DNA of 64,000 nt from NCBI GenBank assembly GCA_036336835.1, contig JAYZFK010000032.1, positions 20,398-84,397 on the forward strand. The letters run 5' to 3'. Under the pieces are notes generated by a model. That model saw nothing but the letters and a program-made list of their open reading frames with translations, had not been told where the DNA came from and ran no database searches. The position numbers and the translations under genes were made by a program. Below, piece after piece: positions 1 to 12,677 of the stretch; position 1 is the first letter of the stretch, and every line of letters begins with the position of its first letter. This stretch comes from Myxococcota bacterium (lineage in GTDB: Bacteria; Myxococcota_A; UBA9160; UBA4427).

Positions 1-706
1 CGATCGGGTGCGGCAAGAGCGGGTCGAGCGCGATGCTGCGGATGGCGCGGCCACCCAGCAGGAAGCTCTCGACCATTGCCGGCTCGACGGTAAGCGACCG
101 GAGCCGTGCTTCGCCGCGCGCGAGCTCGTCGCAGAGGTGCGCATAGGCGGGGGCGAGCTTGTTGGGACGCCACAGCGCGCGGGCCGCTCGTTCTCGCCCG
201 GCGTCGAGCTCGCACAGGCCGAATACCGGGCTGGCGGCGCTGAGCCCGAGCTCGCAGAGCGAGCTGCGCGCCGCATCGACTCCGCCAATCAGGTTGTCGG
301 GCCGCAGGCAGAGCCCGCTCTCGAGCTCGCGAAAGCCGTGCAGCAGCAGCGCGCGCGCGTCGGCACGTCGCTGCCTCGCGTGGCCTCCCCGGCCCGGCGC
401 GTGCACGGCGATCCAGCTGCCGCCTCCGGTGCTCGTCACGTTCCAGTCGCCCATTCGCCGGTGCGCGTGTCGCCACGACTGGACGTGGCCGTCGACGGCC
501 TGGGCCGCGTCGCCGAGCCGATAGCGGCCACGGGCGTCGCGTTCGACCTGCCCGGTCGAGCACACCCGGGCGAGGCTCACCCGCAGACTGTTGGGGGTGA
601 TGCCGAAGAGCTCGCCGGCCGCGACGAGTGCCCGCACCGGCATCGCTCCGCGGCGCAGGGTCGACAGCAGATCGAGGATCAGGCTCTTCGGTGAGGGTCG
701 CGTCAC
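1..706 (-). CDS. PaaX-family transcriptional regulator, 3' end runs off the window
   Basis: Not in the ORF track; translated by hand from GTG at 706. N-terminal winged-helix-like 'PKSLILDLLSTL..PVRALVAAGELFGITPNSLRVSLAR', middle 'RALLLHGFRELESGLCLRPDNL', C-terminal 'DPLLP' typical of the PaaX C-terminal domain. Confidence 0.8.
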   Translation of the reverse strand, partial: MTRPSPKSLILDLLSTLRRGAMPVRALVAAGELFGITPNSLRVSLARVCSTGQVERDARGRYRLGDAAQAVDGHVQSWRHAHRRMGDWNVTSTGGGSWIAVHAPGRGGHARQRRADARALLLHGFRELESGLCLRPDNLIGGVDAARSSLCELGLSAASPVFGLCELDAGRERAARALWRPNKLAPAYAHLCDELARGEARLRSLTVEPAMVESFLLGGRAIRSIALDPLLPHPI

Positions 707-756
707 GTCTGTATGTTACATCGGATGAAAGAACATGACGATAATAGTAATATTCT
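707..756. promoter_or_regulatory. AT-rich divergent promoter region between the PaaX-like gene and lspA
   Basis: AT-rich patch in a GC-rich background. TGTA-TGT-TACA inverted repeat at 710-720. A TAACAT -10-like hexamer on the minus strand lies 6 nt before the GTG start. Confidence 0.4.
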
Positions 757-807
757 CGGACGATTTCCCCGAGGGGATCCGGGCTGGGCGTGATATCTTG
801 CGCGCCG

Positions 808-1329
808 ATGGCCCCCAAGACCCGCCTGTTCGCGCTCGCGCTCGTGATCGCGCTCCCGCTCGATCAGCTCACCAAGCAGTGGATCGTGCGCAACTTCTAC
901 TACCGGGAGGTCCAGCCGGTGATCCCCGGCTGGCTCGACCTCACGCATGTCCGGAATCCCGGTGGCGCCTTCAGCTTCTTCGCCTCCGGCGAGCCCGAGA
1001 TTCGGCTGGCGTTCTTCATCGGGGCGTCGCTGGTGGCGATCACGATGCTGGTGGTGTTCTTCGTCAAGCTTCCGCGCGACGCGCGTCTGAGCGGGGCCGC
1101 GCTCGGCGCCGTCCTGGGTGGGGCGCTCGGCAACCTGATCGATCGCGTGCTCTACGGCGAGGTGATCGACTGGATCGACGTCCACCTCACGGCGACCTAC
1201 ACCTGGCCGACGTTCAACGTGGCGGACTCGTGCATCGTCGTCGGTGTCATCGCATTGCTCCTCGAGACGTTCGTGGAGCCGGCGAGCGACGAACCGGGCG
1301 ACACCGCGACAGCCGAGCCGCAGGCCTGA
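808..1329 (+). CDS. lspA: Lipoprotein signal peptidase II
   Basis: Motifs [27 protein letters not shown] and FNVAD. Confidence 0.95.
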   Translation: MAPKTRLFALALVIALPLDQLTKQWIVRNFYYREVQPVIPGWLDLTHVRNPGGAFSFFASGEPEIRLAFFIGASLVAITMLVVFFVKLPRDARLSGAALGAVLGGALGNLIDRVLYGEVIDWIDVHLTATYTWPTFNVADSCIVVGVIALLLETFVEPASDEPGDTATAEPQA

Positions 1330-1333
1330 CGGA

Positions 1334-3298
1334 TCACTCGGGCTGCTCGGCGAGCTCGCGTCGGTTCTGGAAGTGCTCGAGAGCTTCGGGGTTGGCGAGG
1401 GCTTCGGTGTTGGCGACGGGCCGGCCGTGGACGGTATCGCGGACGGCGAGCTCGGTGAGCTTTCCGCTCCGGGTTCGGGGAATGTCGGGGACCTGGAGGA
1501 TCTGGGCAGGCACGTGACGCGGGCTGGCGCCGCTGCGGATCGCCTGGCGGATGCGCTCGCGGAGATCGTCGCCGAGCTCGAGATCGGCGCGGAGGACGAC
1601 GAAGAGCACGATGCGGACATCGCCCCGCCAGGCCTGGCCGATCGCGATCGATTCGATCACCTCGTCGAGACGCTCGACCGGCCGGTAGATCTCGGCCGTG
1701 CCGATCCGGACGCCGCCCGGGTTGAGCACGGCGTCCGAGCGGCCCTGGATCACGAAGCCGCCCCGCTCGGTGCGCTCCATCCAGTCGCCGTGGTGCCAGA
1801 CGCCGGGGAAGCGCTCGAAGTAGGCCGCGCGAAAACGCGCGCCGTCGTCGTCACCCCAGAAGCCGAGCGGCACGGTCGGGAAGGCGTTGCAACAGACGAG
1901 CTCGCCCGGCTCGCCCTCGACTGCGCGCCCGTCGGGTCCGAAGGTCTCGACCTGCATGCCGAGCGCGGGCGCCTGGATTTCGCCGCGGTAGACGGGTGCG
2001 GTCGGATCGCCGAGCACGAAGCAGCCGAGCAAGTCGGTGCCACCGGAGATCGACGCCAGGTGCGCGTGCGGTGCGACCTTCTGGTAGACGTAGTCGAAGC
2101 TCTCCGGCACCAGGGGCGAGCCGGTCGACAGGATCGTGCGCACCCGCGAGAGATCGTTGCTGCGCGCGGGCTCGACGCCCGACTTGGCACACGAATCGAT
2201 GAACTTCGCCGAGACGCCGAACACATCGGCGCCCTCCTGCTCGGCGAGATCGAACAGTGCTCCAGGAGTGGGGTGGAAGGGCGACCCGTCGTACAGCAGC
2301 AGGGTCGCCTCGCTCGCGAGCCCGCCGACGAGCCAGTTCCACATCATCCAGCCGCAGGTCGTGAAGTAGAACAGCCGCTCGTCGCGCCGCAGGTCGACGT
2401 GAAGGCGCTGCTCCTCGAGATGCTTGAGCAGCGCTCCTCCCGCCGAGTGAACGATGCATTTGGGCTTGCCCGTCGTGCCGGACGAGTACAGCAGGTACAG
2501 CGGGTGCTCGAACGGCAGCCGCTCGAAGCGGAGATCCGCCCCGGCCTCTGCGGCGAGCAGCTCGGCATAGCGAACGGCGCCTGGAAGACCGGCCAGGCGG
2601 GCCTCGGATGGATCATCGAGATAGGGAACGACGACCGTCCGCTCGACGCTCGGGAGCTCGCGCAACAGGCTCGGCATGCGCCCGAGCGTGTCGAAGGCGC
2701 GCCCGTTGTAGCGATATCCATCGGCGCAGAACAGCCAGCGCGGCTCGATCTGCCCGAAGCGATCGACGATGCCGCGCGTGCCGAAATCCGGCGAGCACGA
2801 GCTCCAGATCGCCCCCAGGCTGGTCGCCGCGAGCAGCGCGACGACGGTCTCGGGGACGTTGGGCATCACGGCTGCCACGCGGTCGCCCGGCTCGAGGCCG
2901 GCGGCGCGCATCGACGCCGCGAGCGCTGCTACCTGATCGGCGAGCTCGGCGAACGAAAGCGTTCGCCGCACGCCGTGTTCGCCGCGGAACACGATCGCGA
3001 GCGCAGCGTCGCGGCGGCGCAGCAGGTTCTCGGCGAAGCTCAGCCGCGCGTCGGGAAACCAGCGCGCACCCGGCAAGCGGTCTCCGTCCAGCAGCACCCG
3101 CTCGCTGCCGCGCTCGCCGATGACGCCGCAGGATTCCCAGAGCTCGGCCCAGAAGCGATCCGGCTCGCGAACCGACCAGGCGTGGAACGCCGAATAATCC
3201 GGAAGCGCCTGGCCGGCCAGCTCGCAGGCCCGGGCCCGGAACGCCTCGAGCTGCGTGCCCGCGGCCTTCCCGGGTTCGGGACGCCACAGCGGCTCCAT
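1334..3298 (-). CDS. Acetoacetate--CoA ligase
   Basis: Starts MEPLWRP. Motifs [63 protein letters not shown] and ALANPEAL. The real start lies inside the 1030-aa track ORF. Confidence 0.92.
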   Translation of the reverse strand: MEPLWRPEPGKAAGTQLEAFRARACELAGQALPDYSAFHAWSVREPDRFWAELWESCGVIGERGSERVLLDGDRLPGARWFPDARLSFAENLLRRRDAALAIVFRGEHGVRRTLSFAELADQVAALAASMRAAGLEPGDRVAAVMPNVPETVVALLAATSLGAIWSSCSPDFGTRGIVDRFGQIEPRWLFCADGYRYNGRAFDTLGRMPSLLRELPSVERTVVVPYLDDPSEARLAGLPGAVRYAELLAAEAGADLRFERLPFEHPLYLLYSSGTTGKPKCIVHSAGGALLKHLEEQRLHVDLRRDERLFYFTTCGWMMWNWLVGGLASEATLLLYDGSPFHPTPGALFDLAEQEGADVFGVSAKFIDSCAKSGVEPARSNDLSRVRTILSTGSPLVPESFDYVYQKVAPHAHLASISGGTDLLGCFVLGDPTAPVYRGEIQAPALGMQVETFGPDGRAVEGEPGELVCCNAFPTVPLGFWGDDDGARFRAAYFERFPGVWHHGDWMERTERGGFVIQGRSDAVLNPGGVRIGTAEIYRPVERLDEVIESIAIGQAWRGDVRIVLFVVLRADLELGDDLRERIRQAIRSGASPRHVPAQILQVPDIPRTRSGKLTELAVRDTVHGRPVANTEALANPEALEHFQNRRELAEQPE

Positions 3299-4521
3299 CA
3301 GAGCAGCACCCCCGCGAGGCACGCGGTCATGAACGTCGTGAGCGAGCCCGAGAGGATCGCGCGCAGCCCCAGCTGCGCGACGTCGGAGCGTCGCTCGGGA
3401 GCGATGCCCCCGAGCCCGCCAAGCAGGATCGCCAGCGATCCGAAGTTGGCGAAGCCGCACAGCGCATAGCTCGCGATCACGGTCGAGCGCGCCGACAACC
3501 TGCCCGCTTCGACCGCGCTTCCGAGGTGCTCGTAGGCGATGAACTCGTTGAGCACCGTCTTCAAGCCGAGCAGGCTGCCGACCGTCGTGGCCTCGGAGGG
3601 CGCGATCCCCATCAAGAGCGCGACGGGCGCGAGCGCGTAGCCGAGCAGCAGCTGGAAGGTCAGCCCCGGAAAGCCGAGCCAGGCGCCGAGGCTGCCGAGC
3701 GCCCCGTTCAGCAGCGCGATCAACGCGACGAACACGATCAGCAAGGCACCGACACTGGCTGCCAGGCGGAGCCCGTTGATCGCACCGAGCGCCGCGGCGT
3801 CGATCACGTTCACACTCTCGACTTCGATTGCGACGCTCGCCGCGCCCGCGGTCGCGGGGACCTCGGTCTCGGGCTCCATGATCTTCGCGATCAGCAAGCC
3901 GGCGGGCGCCGCCATCAGGCTCGCCGTCACGAGGTGCCCGGCATAGCCCTCGCCGAGCATCGCGGCGTAGGCGACCAATACCGAGCCGGCGACGGTGCCC
4001 ATCCCGAGCGTCATCAGCGCGAACAGCTCGGACTTCGTCATGGTCGGCAGGTATGGCTTGACCACGAGCGCCGATTCGACCATGCCCACGAACACGTTCG
4101 CCACGGCGGCGAGGCTCTCCGCGCCCGACAGCCGCATCGTGCGCGAGAGCACGAAGGCGAGCGCGTTGACGATCCGCTGGGCGATGCCCAGGTGATAGAG
4201 CACCGAGAAGATGCTCCCCATGACCAGGATGATCGGCAGCACCTGGGTCAGCAAGGACGGACGGTTCAGCTCGCGGAAGACGAACTGGACGCCCTCGTTC
4301 GTGTAGGCGACCAGGCCGCCGACGACGACCTCCACAGCGACGAAGAAGGCCGCGCCGAGATCGGTCAGCAACAGCACGCACGCCAGCCCGAGCTGCAGCG
4401 CGATGCCCCACCCGACGGTGCGCCACGCGATGCGCTTGCGGTTGCGTGACACCAGCCAGGCGATCGCGATCATGCTGAGAAAGCCGAAGGCCGAGACCGC
4501 CCGCAAGCCGAGGTCACTCAT
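3298..4521 (-). CDS. nupC: NupC/NupG-family concentrative nucleoside transporter
   Basis: Multi-TM protein with ESLAAVANVFVGMVE, TVAGSVL, LNEFIAY and YALCGFANFGS. Confidence 0.9.
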   Translation of the reverse strand: MSDLGLRAVSAFGFLSMIAIAWLVSRNRKRIAWRTVGWGIALQLGLACVLLLTDLGAAFFVAVEVVVGGLVAYTNEGVQFVFRELNRPSLLTQVLPIILVMGSIFSVLYHLGIAQRIVNALAFVLSRTMRLSGAESLAAVANVFVGMVESALVVKPYLPTMTKSELFALMTLGMGTVAGSVLVAYAAMLGEGYAGHLVTASLMAAPAGLLIAKIMEPETEVPATAGAASVAIEVESVNVIDAAALGAINGLRLAASVGALLIVFVALIALLNGALGSLGAWLGFPGLTFQLLLGYALAPVALLMGIAPSEATTVGSLLGLKTVLNEFIAYEHLGSAVEAGRLSARSTVIASYALCGFANFGSLAILLGGLGGIAPERRSDVAQLGLRAILSGSLTTFMTACLAGVLL

Positions 4522-5174
4522 ACGCTCCCTCCCGCGTCGAAGCTAGCGACCATCTCGCGCGTCGCGGCCGCCGGATCGTCGGCACCGATCACGGCGGAGA
4601 TGACCGCGATGCCGCGTGCGCCCGCGGCGGCGACCTGTGAGGCGTTGTCGGCGGCGATCCCCCCGATGGCGACGACGGGCCGCGCGCCTGCGAGGGCGAC
4701 GATCTCCCGCAACGCGGCGAGACCCCGAGCAGCGTAGGGCGATGCCTTCGAGGCCGTCTCGAACAGGGGTCCGAAGGCGATGTAGTCCACCTGCTCGTCG
4801 ATCGCGGCCAGCGCCTGCTGGCGCGTGTGGGTCGAGCGCCCAATTGCGAGCCGCGCGCGCGCCGCGCTCGGTAGCGCGGACGGGGGCAGGTCGTCCTGGC
4901 CGAGGTGGACCGCGTCGGCCTCCGCCAGCAGCGCCAGGTCGAAGCGGTCGTTGACCACGAAGCGAGCGCCGGCCTCGCGAGTCAGCGCGCGAATCGCCTT
5001 GCCCCACTCTGCGGCGCGCGCATCGCTCGCATGCTTCGTTCGCAGCTGGACGACCGGAGCTCCGCCCCGGCACGCCGCGGCCGCCTGTTCTCTCGGGTCG
5101 CGAGACCAGCGCGGGTCGTCGTCGACCAGCACGTGGAGCCCGGCGAAGGCCGTCGGCTCGCAGCGCGTGCTCAA
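4518..5174 (-). CDS. thiE: Thiamine phosphate synthase
   Basis: Motifs VQLRTK, VNDRFD, VHLGQDD, GRSTH, FETASK and VAIGGI. Confidence 0.92.
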   Translation of the reverse strand: MSTRCEPTAFAGLHVLVDDDPRWSRDPREQAAAACRGGAPVVQLRTKHASDARAAEWGKAIRALTREAGARFVVNDRFDLALLAEADAVHLGQDDLPPSALPSAARARLAIGRSTHTRQQALAAIDEQVDYIAFGPLFETASKASPYAARGLAALREIVALAGARPVVAIGGIAADNASQVAAAGARGIAVISAVIGADDPAAATREMVASFDAGGSV

Positions 5175-6610
5175 TGGCGGCTGCGCCGAGGGAGCGCCAT
5201 GTCGAACTCCGAGATCTTCTTGCGCAGGGTATTGCGGTTGATTCCGAGCAGTGCGGCGGCGCGGATCTGGTTGCCGCCGGTATGCTCCAACACCGCCGCC
5301 AGCAGCGGCCGCTCGACCTGCTCGATCAGCTCGCGGTACAGATGGCCCGTCGCCTCGTCGGCGAGCAGCGCACGCGTCTCGCGCTCGACGAGCCCCGCCA
5401 GGTTACTCGCCTCGTTGCTGCCCGTCGCCGCGCTCAGGAACTCGAAGTCCTCCGCGGCCAGCACCCCTCCCGACGACAACACCAACGCGCGGCGGATAGA
5501 GTTCTCGAGCTCGCGCACGTTACCCGGCCAGTTGTGTGCTTCGAGTCGCTCGATCCCGGAGTCGGCGATGCCGCGATGACCGCCGGCGAGCTCGAGCGCA
5601 TAGCGAGCGATGAAGTGTTCGGTGAGCGCGCGGATGTCTTCGAGTCGTGCGCGCAGCGGCGGCAGCACCACTGGTACCACGCGAAGCCGGTACAACAGGT
5701 CCTCGCGGAAGGAGCCGTCGCGCACCGCGATGTCGAGGTCTCGATTCGTGGCCGCGACGATGCGGACATCGACGATTTCGGGCTTGCGCCCACCGACCGA
5801 TGTGACCTCGCCGTCCTGAAGGACGCGCAGCAGCTTCGCCTGGAGATCGAGCGACATGTCGCCAATTTCGTCGAGGAACAGCGTCCCTCCCGAGGTTTCG
5901 CGGAAGCACCCCGGCCGCGAGTCCGTGGCACCCGTGAACGCGCCCCTCTCGTGCCCGAACAGCTCGCTCTCGAGCAGCTCGCGCGGGATTGCCGCGGCGT
6001 TGACGGGAGTGAACGGTCCCGCGCTGCGAGTGCTGGCCGAATGGATGGCGCGAGCGATCAGTTCCTTGCCTGTCCCGCTCTCACCGGTCACGAGCACTGG
6101 GACGTTGCGGGCCGCCACCTTGCCCACCGTCTTGAAGGCCTCGAGCAGGGCCGGGCTCCGTCCGACGAGACGTTTGCCACCCGGCGCGAGCGATCGACCG
6201 ACCTCGCGCCGCAGAGCGCGTACCTCGAGCTCGAGCGCGTGCGAGCGCAGCGTCTTGTTGGTGAGCGCGTGCACCTCCGCCAGCGTGAACGGCTTGGACA
6301 GGTAGTCGAGTGCACCGAGCTTCATCGCCTGGACCGCACTCTCGAAAGTCGACTGCGCCGTGAGGATCACGACCGAGACGTCGGACGCCGCGGTCCGCAG
6401 TCGCTCGAGTACCTCGAGTCCCGTCGCCCCGGGCATGCGGATGTCGAGGAAGGCGATGTCGAACTCGTTGTGTTCGAGCGCCTCGAGTGCAGCGAGACCG
6501 TCGGCGACCGCGGTCACCTCGTGCCCCTTCGCTTCGAGTGCCTCGCGCAGCACGAAACGGATCGATTCCTCGTCGTCCGCCACCAGGATGCGCGCCTGGG
6601 TTCGTTCCAT
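5171..6610 (-). CDS. ntrC: Sigma-54-dependent response regulator, NtrC family
   Basis: Receiver domain (VADDE..DIRMP), AAA+ domain (GESGTGKE, GAFTGA, LFLDEIGD) and Fis-type HTH (GNQIRAAALLGINRNTLRKK). Confidence 0.85.
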   Translation of the reverse strand: MERTQARILVADDEESIRFVLREALEAKGHEVTAVADGLAALEALEHNEFDIAFLDIRMPGATGLEVLERLRTAASDVSVVILTAQSTFESAVQAMKLGALDYLSKPFTLAEVHALTNKTLRSHALELEVRALRREVGRSLAPGGKRLVGRSPALLEAFKTVGKVAARNVPVLVTGESGTGKELIARAIHSASTRSAGPFTPVNAAAIPRELLESELFGHERGAFTGATDSRPGCFRETSGGTLFLDEIGDMSLDLQAKLLRVLQDGEVTSVGGRKPEIVDVRIVAATNRDLDIAVRDGSFREDLLYRLRVVPVVLPPLRARLEDIRALTEHFIARYALELAGGHRGIADSGIERLEAHNWPGNVRELENSIRRALVLSSGGVLAAEDFEFLSAATGSNEASNLAGLVERETRALLADEATGHLYRELIEQVERPLLAAVLEHTGGNQIRAAALLGINRNTLRKKISEFDMALPRRSRH

Positions 6611-6612
6611 CT

Positions 6613-7728
<1,116 letters not shown>

Positions 7729-7865
7729 GGGGGTGCCTAATTCTTGAGCACTTTAGCGGGCTGCCCGCCTGGGACCAACCCGGTGCGCCGCCGGTCCGCC
7801 CTCGCAACCCCACGATTCGCAACACGGATTCCCGGCCGCCTTGCGCGCGCGGTAGTGTTGGGAGG

Positions 7866-9122
7866 ATGCGAGAAGGTCTCGAGGTCACGGAGGCACAGCA
7901 GGCCATCCTCGAGCGCACGCCGGTACTCGAGCCAGAGACCGTGGCGGTGCGCGACGCGCTGGGGAGGGTCCTGGCCCGGCCGGTCGAGTCGGCGCGAACG
8001 CTGCCTCCGACCGACGGCTCGGCGATGGACGGCTTCGCGGTGCGGGCCGTCGATCTCGCCGGAGCCAGCACGGCCGCCCCGGTCGAGCTGGCGGTCGTCT
8101 ACGAGGTGGCAGCCGGCCATCAGGCTCCCCGCCCGATCGAGCCGGGGGAGGCGGCGCGCATCTTCACAGGGGCTCCGGTGCCGCCCGGAGCCGACACGGT
8201 CGTGCGCCAGGAGGATGCCGAGGCCGAGCGGGATCGCGTGCGCATCGCGATCGATCCCCCGCTGCGCGCGCACATCCGAGACGCCGGAGAGGACGTGCGC
8301 GCCGGCGACCTGGTGCTCGACGCGGGTCACGTGATCCGCGCCCCCGAGATCGGCCTGCTCGCGTCACTGGGTCGCAGCGTGGTCGCCGTTCGGCAGCGGC
8401 CACGCGTCGCGATCCTCTCGGGCGGCGACGAGCTCGTCGAGCCGGACGAAGACGTTGCGGGTGGTCGGATCGTGTCGTCCAACTCGTACACCCTGGCGGC
8501 GCAATGCCTGGACGCCGGGGCCGACCCCGTCTATCTGGGCATTGCGCGTGACGAGCCCGAGGAGCTCGAGCGCTATCTGCGCGCCGGTGCGCGTGCCGAC
8601 TGCATCGTCACCTCCGCCGGCGTCTCCGTCGGGGACCACGACTACGTCCGCCCCGTGCTCGAGCAGCTCGGTTGCACGCTCCACTTCTGGGGCGTGAAGA
8701 TGAAGCCCGGCTTCCCGCTCGCGTTCGGCAGCTTCGACGACGTGCGTGGCCCCCTGGTGTTCGGCCTGCCCGGCAATCCCGTCTCGGCGAGCGTGACCTT
8801 CGAACAGTTCGTGCGACCCGCTCTGCGCAAGATGACGGGCCACCGCGCGCTCTTCCGTGCCACGCTCTCCGCGCGGCTCGACCACGACCTCGACAAGCAT
8901 GCCGGCCGTCTCCACTTCGTGCGCGTGCGGCTCGAGCGCGAGGGGGACGACTGGGTCGCGAGCAGCACCGGCAATCAGAGTTCGGGTGTGTTGCGGTCCC
9001 TGACCCGGGCGCAGGGGCTGCTGGTGTTCCCGGCCGAGGCGACCCAGCTGCGCAAGGGCGAGCGAGCGACGGTGCAGCTGCTCGACGACAGCTTCCTGGC
9101 GAGCACGACGCCGGGCTTCTGA
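7866..9122 (+). CDS. moeA: Molybdopterin molybdenumtransferase
   Basis: Motifs SAMDGFAV, RIFTGAPVP, GDELV, GVSVGDHD, MKPG and GLPGNPVS. Confidence 0.95.
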   Translation: MREGLEVTEAQQAILERTPVLEPETVAVRDALGRVLARPVESARTLPPTDGSAMDGFAVRAVDLAGASTAAPVELAVVYEVAAGHQAPRPIEPGEAARIFTGAPVPPGADTVVRQEDAEAERDRVRIAIDPPLRAHIRDAGEDVRAGDLVLDAGHVIRAPEIGLLASLGRSVVAVRQRPRVAILSGGDELVEPDEDVAGGRIVSSNSYTLAAQCLDAGADPVYLGIARDEPEELERYLRAGARADCIVTSAGVSVGDHDYVRPVLEQLGCTLHFWGVKMKPGFPLAFGSFDDVRGPLVFGLPGNPVSASVTFEQFVRPALRKMTGHRALFRATLSARLDHDLDKHAGRLHFVRVRLEREGDDWVASSTGNQSSGVLRSLTRAQGLLVFPAEATQLRKGERATVQLLDDSFLASTTPGF

Positions 9123-9162
9123 GCCCGGCTGTGCTCTCGCAGTCCGGGCCCGCTGCGATCGC

Positions 9163-9657
9163 TCAGCGCCGCCGTGAGCCCGGTCGCAGCAGCGCGCTGG
9201 TGCTGACGCCCGGCACTTCGCGCAGTCGCACCACGCGGCCGCCCCAGCTCTCGACCTCGTTGCGGCCGACGATCTGGTCGAGCGGCCAGTCGCCACCCTT
9301 TGCGAGGACGTCGGGTCGCAAGGCTTCGATGGTGCGCAGGGGCGTATCGGCGCGGAATACGACGACCCAGTCGACGCTCGCAAGCGCGGCCAGCACCTCG
9401 GCCCGCTGCTTTGCCGGGACGCGCGGCCGCCCCGAGCCCTTGAGCCGGCGCACGCTGGCATCGGAGTTGACCGCGACGATCAGCCGATCGCCGAGCGACC
9501 GCGCCTGCTCCAGGCTGCGCACGTGGCCGACGTGGAGCCAGTCGAAGCAGCCGTTGGTGAAGACGACGCATTGGCCCGCGCGCTGGGCGGCACGCACGTG
9601 TCGCCGTGCCGTCTCGAGCGGGAGGACCGCCTGCCTGGCTCGTCGAGCTCGCTTCAC
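9163..9657 (-). CDS. rfaE2: Heptose-1-phosphate adenylyltransferase (stand-alone HldE/RfaE domain II)
   Basis: Motifs [28 protein letters not shown] and KGGDW. Confidence 0.85.
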   Translation of the reverse strand: MKRARRARQAVLPLETARRHVRAAQRAGQCVVFTNGCFDWLHVGHVRSLEQARSLGDRLIVAVNSDASVRRLKGSGRPRVPAKQRAEVLAALASVDWVVVFRADTPLRTIEALRPDVLAKGGDWPLDQIVGRNEVESWGGRVVRLREVPGVSTSALLRPGSRRR

Positions 9658-12419
9658 CTCGGACCTCCGTTGTTGTGCTGGCGACGGGTTGCCGTGCGTG
9701 AGAAGAGCCCCTGGAGCGCGTCGAAGGGCTGTCGGAGCACCGCGGGCAGCGGCACACCCTCGGCGATCGATTTCATCGGCAGCGGACGAATCGTGGGATG
9801 GTCGAGTGGGCCGGTGGCCTCGAAGTATGCACCGATCAGGCCCCGGTCCGACCCCGGAACCAGCAGGTTGACCAGCGGAATGTTGCCGAGCAGCTGGTCG
9901 GCCTGTCGCAACAGGAAGAAGGCGAAGGTTGCGTCGATCGGGACCGGGTCCTGGTTCAGATCGACCGCACCCGACGCGACGATGCGAAGCGGGCCCTCGA
10001 GCGCGAAGCGATCGGTCGACAGCAGTCCGCGCTGGAAGTCGATGTGGGCCTCGATCTGCTCGTACTGCAGCGTCTCACTGGCTGCGGCCGGGCTCCAGCC
10101 TTCGATTGCGTGCGCGACGGCGGCGAGCAGCGGCACCTGCTGCTGAATCTCGCCGTCCTGCGCGTCGATCGCGATCCGACCAACGAGTTCGCCAATCAGG
10201 TCGGAATCCGGACGCACCGGGCCGGCGAGCTCTGCGTGCATGTCGGCGCGGCCGGTCGCAAAGCCGGGTGAGAGACCGAACAGCTGGGCCACGCGGTCCG
10301 CGTCTGCCCCTGCGACGACGAGATCGACCCCCACGGGCACCTCTCCCTTGCGGTCGAGGGCGAAGCTCGCCGAGCCCTCCAGGCTTCCGCCTCCGGCCAG
10401 GCTCGCCTCGACCTGGCTCACTGCGAGCGTCTGTCCGCGCAGCGCAAAGATTCCCTCGACCTGCTCCAATACGAAGGAACCGGCGTTGATCCCCGTGGTT
10501 GTGATGCGGCCGCGGGCCCACGCCGCGTCGCGCTCCACCTCTTTTCTCTCCGCCGGATCGCCGGGCTCAGCGGCTGCGAGCCCGAGCTCGGCAGCCGGCT
10601 CGGGTGTCGCCGCGGCCTCTGCGCCCGCGAGTACGAGCTCGATGCGCAGCGCGGGATCGGGGCCGCGATCGAGAATCGCTTCGCCCAGGATCGGATGCCC
10701 GGCCCATTCTCCCTGGCTGATCGAAAGGTGGAGATCGCGCTCGGTCGGGTCGATCTCGATGCGGGCATTCCGGATCGGCCAGCGCAGGGCCGGGTGCTGC
10801 AGCTCGTCCAGCTGTACGCGAATCGCGGCGGGCGGATGGCCCGGCTGGGCGTCCCGCTCGCCGCGCACGATGTCCCAGAGCGTGCCGAGCCCCGGCAGGG
10901 GTCGGGCGCGGCGCGTGAGCCGCTGGTCCTCGAGAGTCGGTCCGAGCAGGCGGGAGACGCCGCGCACCGCGAAGTCGATGAGCGGCAGGGGCTCGCCGTT
11001 GTAGTGGGCCTGCAATCCGTGCATCTCGAAGGTCTCGCCACTGAAGGTGAGCCGCGCCGATACGTCGCTCATGGTGTCGGTCGGGCTGGTCCCGAACGTC
11101 ACGTCGTCGATGTCGGCGAAGACGCGCAGCGTGCTCGGCAGGGAGCCGCGGCGGCCCCGCAGCAGCTCGATCCACTCGTCGAGCCGAGCTCCACCGCGCA
11201 CGCCGACTCTGCGAACGTGGCCGCTGCGGATCCGGTCGAGCATCTCGAGGAAGGGTTTGGCCTCTGCTGGTGGCAGTCCCATGGCCAGGCGTCGCAGATC
11301 CCCGAGCTCGGTGCGCGACAGATCGGCGCGCAGCGTCACCAGCGATTCGGGCCTCAGTGGGCGGGAGGCGCTGCCGCGTAGGCGGACCTCGAGCGACTGT
11401 CCCCGGAGCCGGGCGGACTCGAGCCGCAGGCGGCGCGGCTCGAGACTGAGCCGGACCTGGAGCGTCTCGAGCGCTGAGGAGAGCTTGATCCGACTGCTGC
11501 CGAGCGGCGTCTCGCTCTCGAGGTCGTCGAAGGTCCAGTCGAGCTCGATCAGGCCGCGGTCGCGCTGCGGTGTCACGATCGCCACCACGCCGGTGACGCG
11601 GCCGGCGATGTCGCCCTGTTCGGTCGAGACCAGGTAGGGACGCAGACTGCGGAGTTCGATGCCGGTAAACGCCACGGTGACGTGCAGGTCGCGGTCGTCG
11701 TCGCGCCAGCGCCCCGCCAGCTCGATCGGGGCCGGTCGTCCGCTGGGGCCCAGCCAGGTCCCGGTCCCCTCGATGTCGCTCTCGCCGCGCAGCCAGCTTC
11801 GGTCGAGCTTGGCGTCGATGCCCTCCACTCGCAGCGCCGCGGGTGCCGTGGTGCCTTGCCGGGCTCCTGCATCGACCAGCGTGACGGCCGCATCCCGGAG
11901 CACGATGTCGTCGGCCACGCGCTGGTCGCGCAGCAGGAAGTGCGCGCTCTCGATCAGGCCGCGGAGGCCGCTCAGCCGGCTCTCCAGATCGCTGTCGTCG
12001 GCGCGCTGGGCATCGATCTCGGTTCGGCTGCGGAAGTAGGGTGGGCCCCAGGTGCCCTCACTGTCGCGCTGCAGGTCGAGCTGCAGGCCCTCGATCTCGA
12101 GCCGGGCGATCCGCAGCCGGCCGATCAGCAGGCTCGTGGTCTCGAAGCTCGCGCTGGCGTGCGCCGCGGAGACGGCCGCATCCTTCCCCGAGGAGTATGC
12201 CACTCGGATCTGGGTCCCATGGACCTCGAGCCCGTAGCGCAGCCGGAGCGCGATCCGTTCGATCTGGACATCCGCGCCGAGCAACAGGCCGAGCTGGAAC
12301 TCGGCTTCCTCGCGCATCCAACGCTGTCCGATCTGGCTCGAGACGAGGAACCCGAGCCCCACCGCCAGGCCGAACAGGGCGGTTCCCACCGCCAGTCGAA
12401 GTACGGATCGCCGTGACAA
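9654..12419 (-). CDS. AsmA-like/YhdP-like envelope protein
   Basis: N-terminal TM helix followed by about 900 aa of beta-rich sequence. The C-terminus ([25 protein letters not shown]) resembles AsmA-like C-terminal regions. Confidence 0.65.
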   Translation of the reverse strand: MSRRSVLRLAVGTALFGLAVGLGFLVSSQIGQRWMREEAEFQLGLLLGADVQIERIALRLRYGLEVHGTQIRVAYSSGKDAAVSAAHASASFETTSLLIGRLRIARLEIEGLQLDLQRDSEGTWGPPYFRSRTEIDAQRADDSDLESRLSGLRGLIESAHFLLRDQRVADDIVLRDAAVTLVDAGARQGTTAPAALRVEGIDAKLDRSWLRGESDIEGTGTWLGPSGRPAPIELAGRWRDDDRDLHVTVAFTGIELRSLRPYLVSTEQGDIAGRVTGVVAIVTPQRDRGLIELDWTFDDLESETPLGSSRIKLSSALETLQVRLSLEPRRLRLESARLRGQSLEVRLRGSASRPLRPESLVTLRADLSRTELGDLRRLAMGLPPAEAKPFLEMLDRIRSGHVRRVGVRGGARLDEWIELLRGRRGSLPSTLRVFADIDDVTFGTSPTDTMSDVSARLTFSGETFEMHGLQAHYNGEPLPLIDFAVRGVSRLLGPTLEDQRLTRRARPLPGLGTLWDIVRGERDAQPGHPPAAIRVQLDELQHPALRWPIRNARIEIDPTERDLHLSISQGEWAGHPILGEAILDRGPDPALRIELVLAGAEAAATPEPAAELGLAAAEPGDPAERKEVERDAAWARGRITTTGINAGSFVLEQVEGIFALRGQTLAVSQVEASLAGGGSLEGSASFALDRKGEVPVGVDLVVAGADADRVAQLFGLSPGFATGRADMHAELAGPVRPDSDLIGELVGRIAIDAQDGEIQQQVPLLAAVAHAIEGWSPAAASETLQYEQIEAHIDFQRGLLSTDRFALEGPLRIVASGAVDLNQDPVPIDATFAFFLLRQADQLLGNIPLVNLLVPGSDRGLIGAYFEATGPLDHPTIRPLPMKSIAEGVPLPAVLRQPFDALQGLFSRTATRRQHNNGGPR

Positions 12420-12647
12420 GGCGCGTCCTCTCCTCGATCGCTCACCAGGCCGCCAGACCGAAAGTACGGAACGGCACAGGGCGCCAGGCTAGCAGTGCTC
12501 CAGTCAGGAGCTTCGACGTGAGTTCGGCGCTTCCGGATCAGCCCTGAGTGCCGATTCCGCGGGCTCCAATGCCCACGGCGTGCCGGTGGTTCGCGGCGTC
12601 GAGGCGGCCGTGCTGCGTACTCGCGATGTCTAATTGACCCTCATGAT

Positions 12648-12677
12648 AGGTCTCGGATACGCAGGTCTCGGATACGC
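12648..12677. repeat. Perfect 15-bp tandem duplication (aggtctcggatacgc x2)
   Basis: Directly visible in the intergenic region. Confidence 0.9.

Noticed and set aside
8..694. 228-aa plus-strand ORF
   Set aside because: It is the antisense shadow of the PaaX-like gene.
3299..4426. N-terminal extension of acetoacetate-CoA ligase in the 1030-aa track ORF
   Set aside because: It overlaps nupC in another frame, and family similarity begins at MEPLW (3298).
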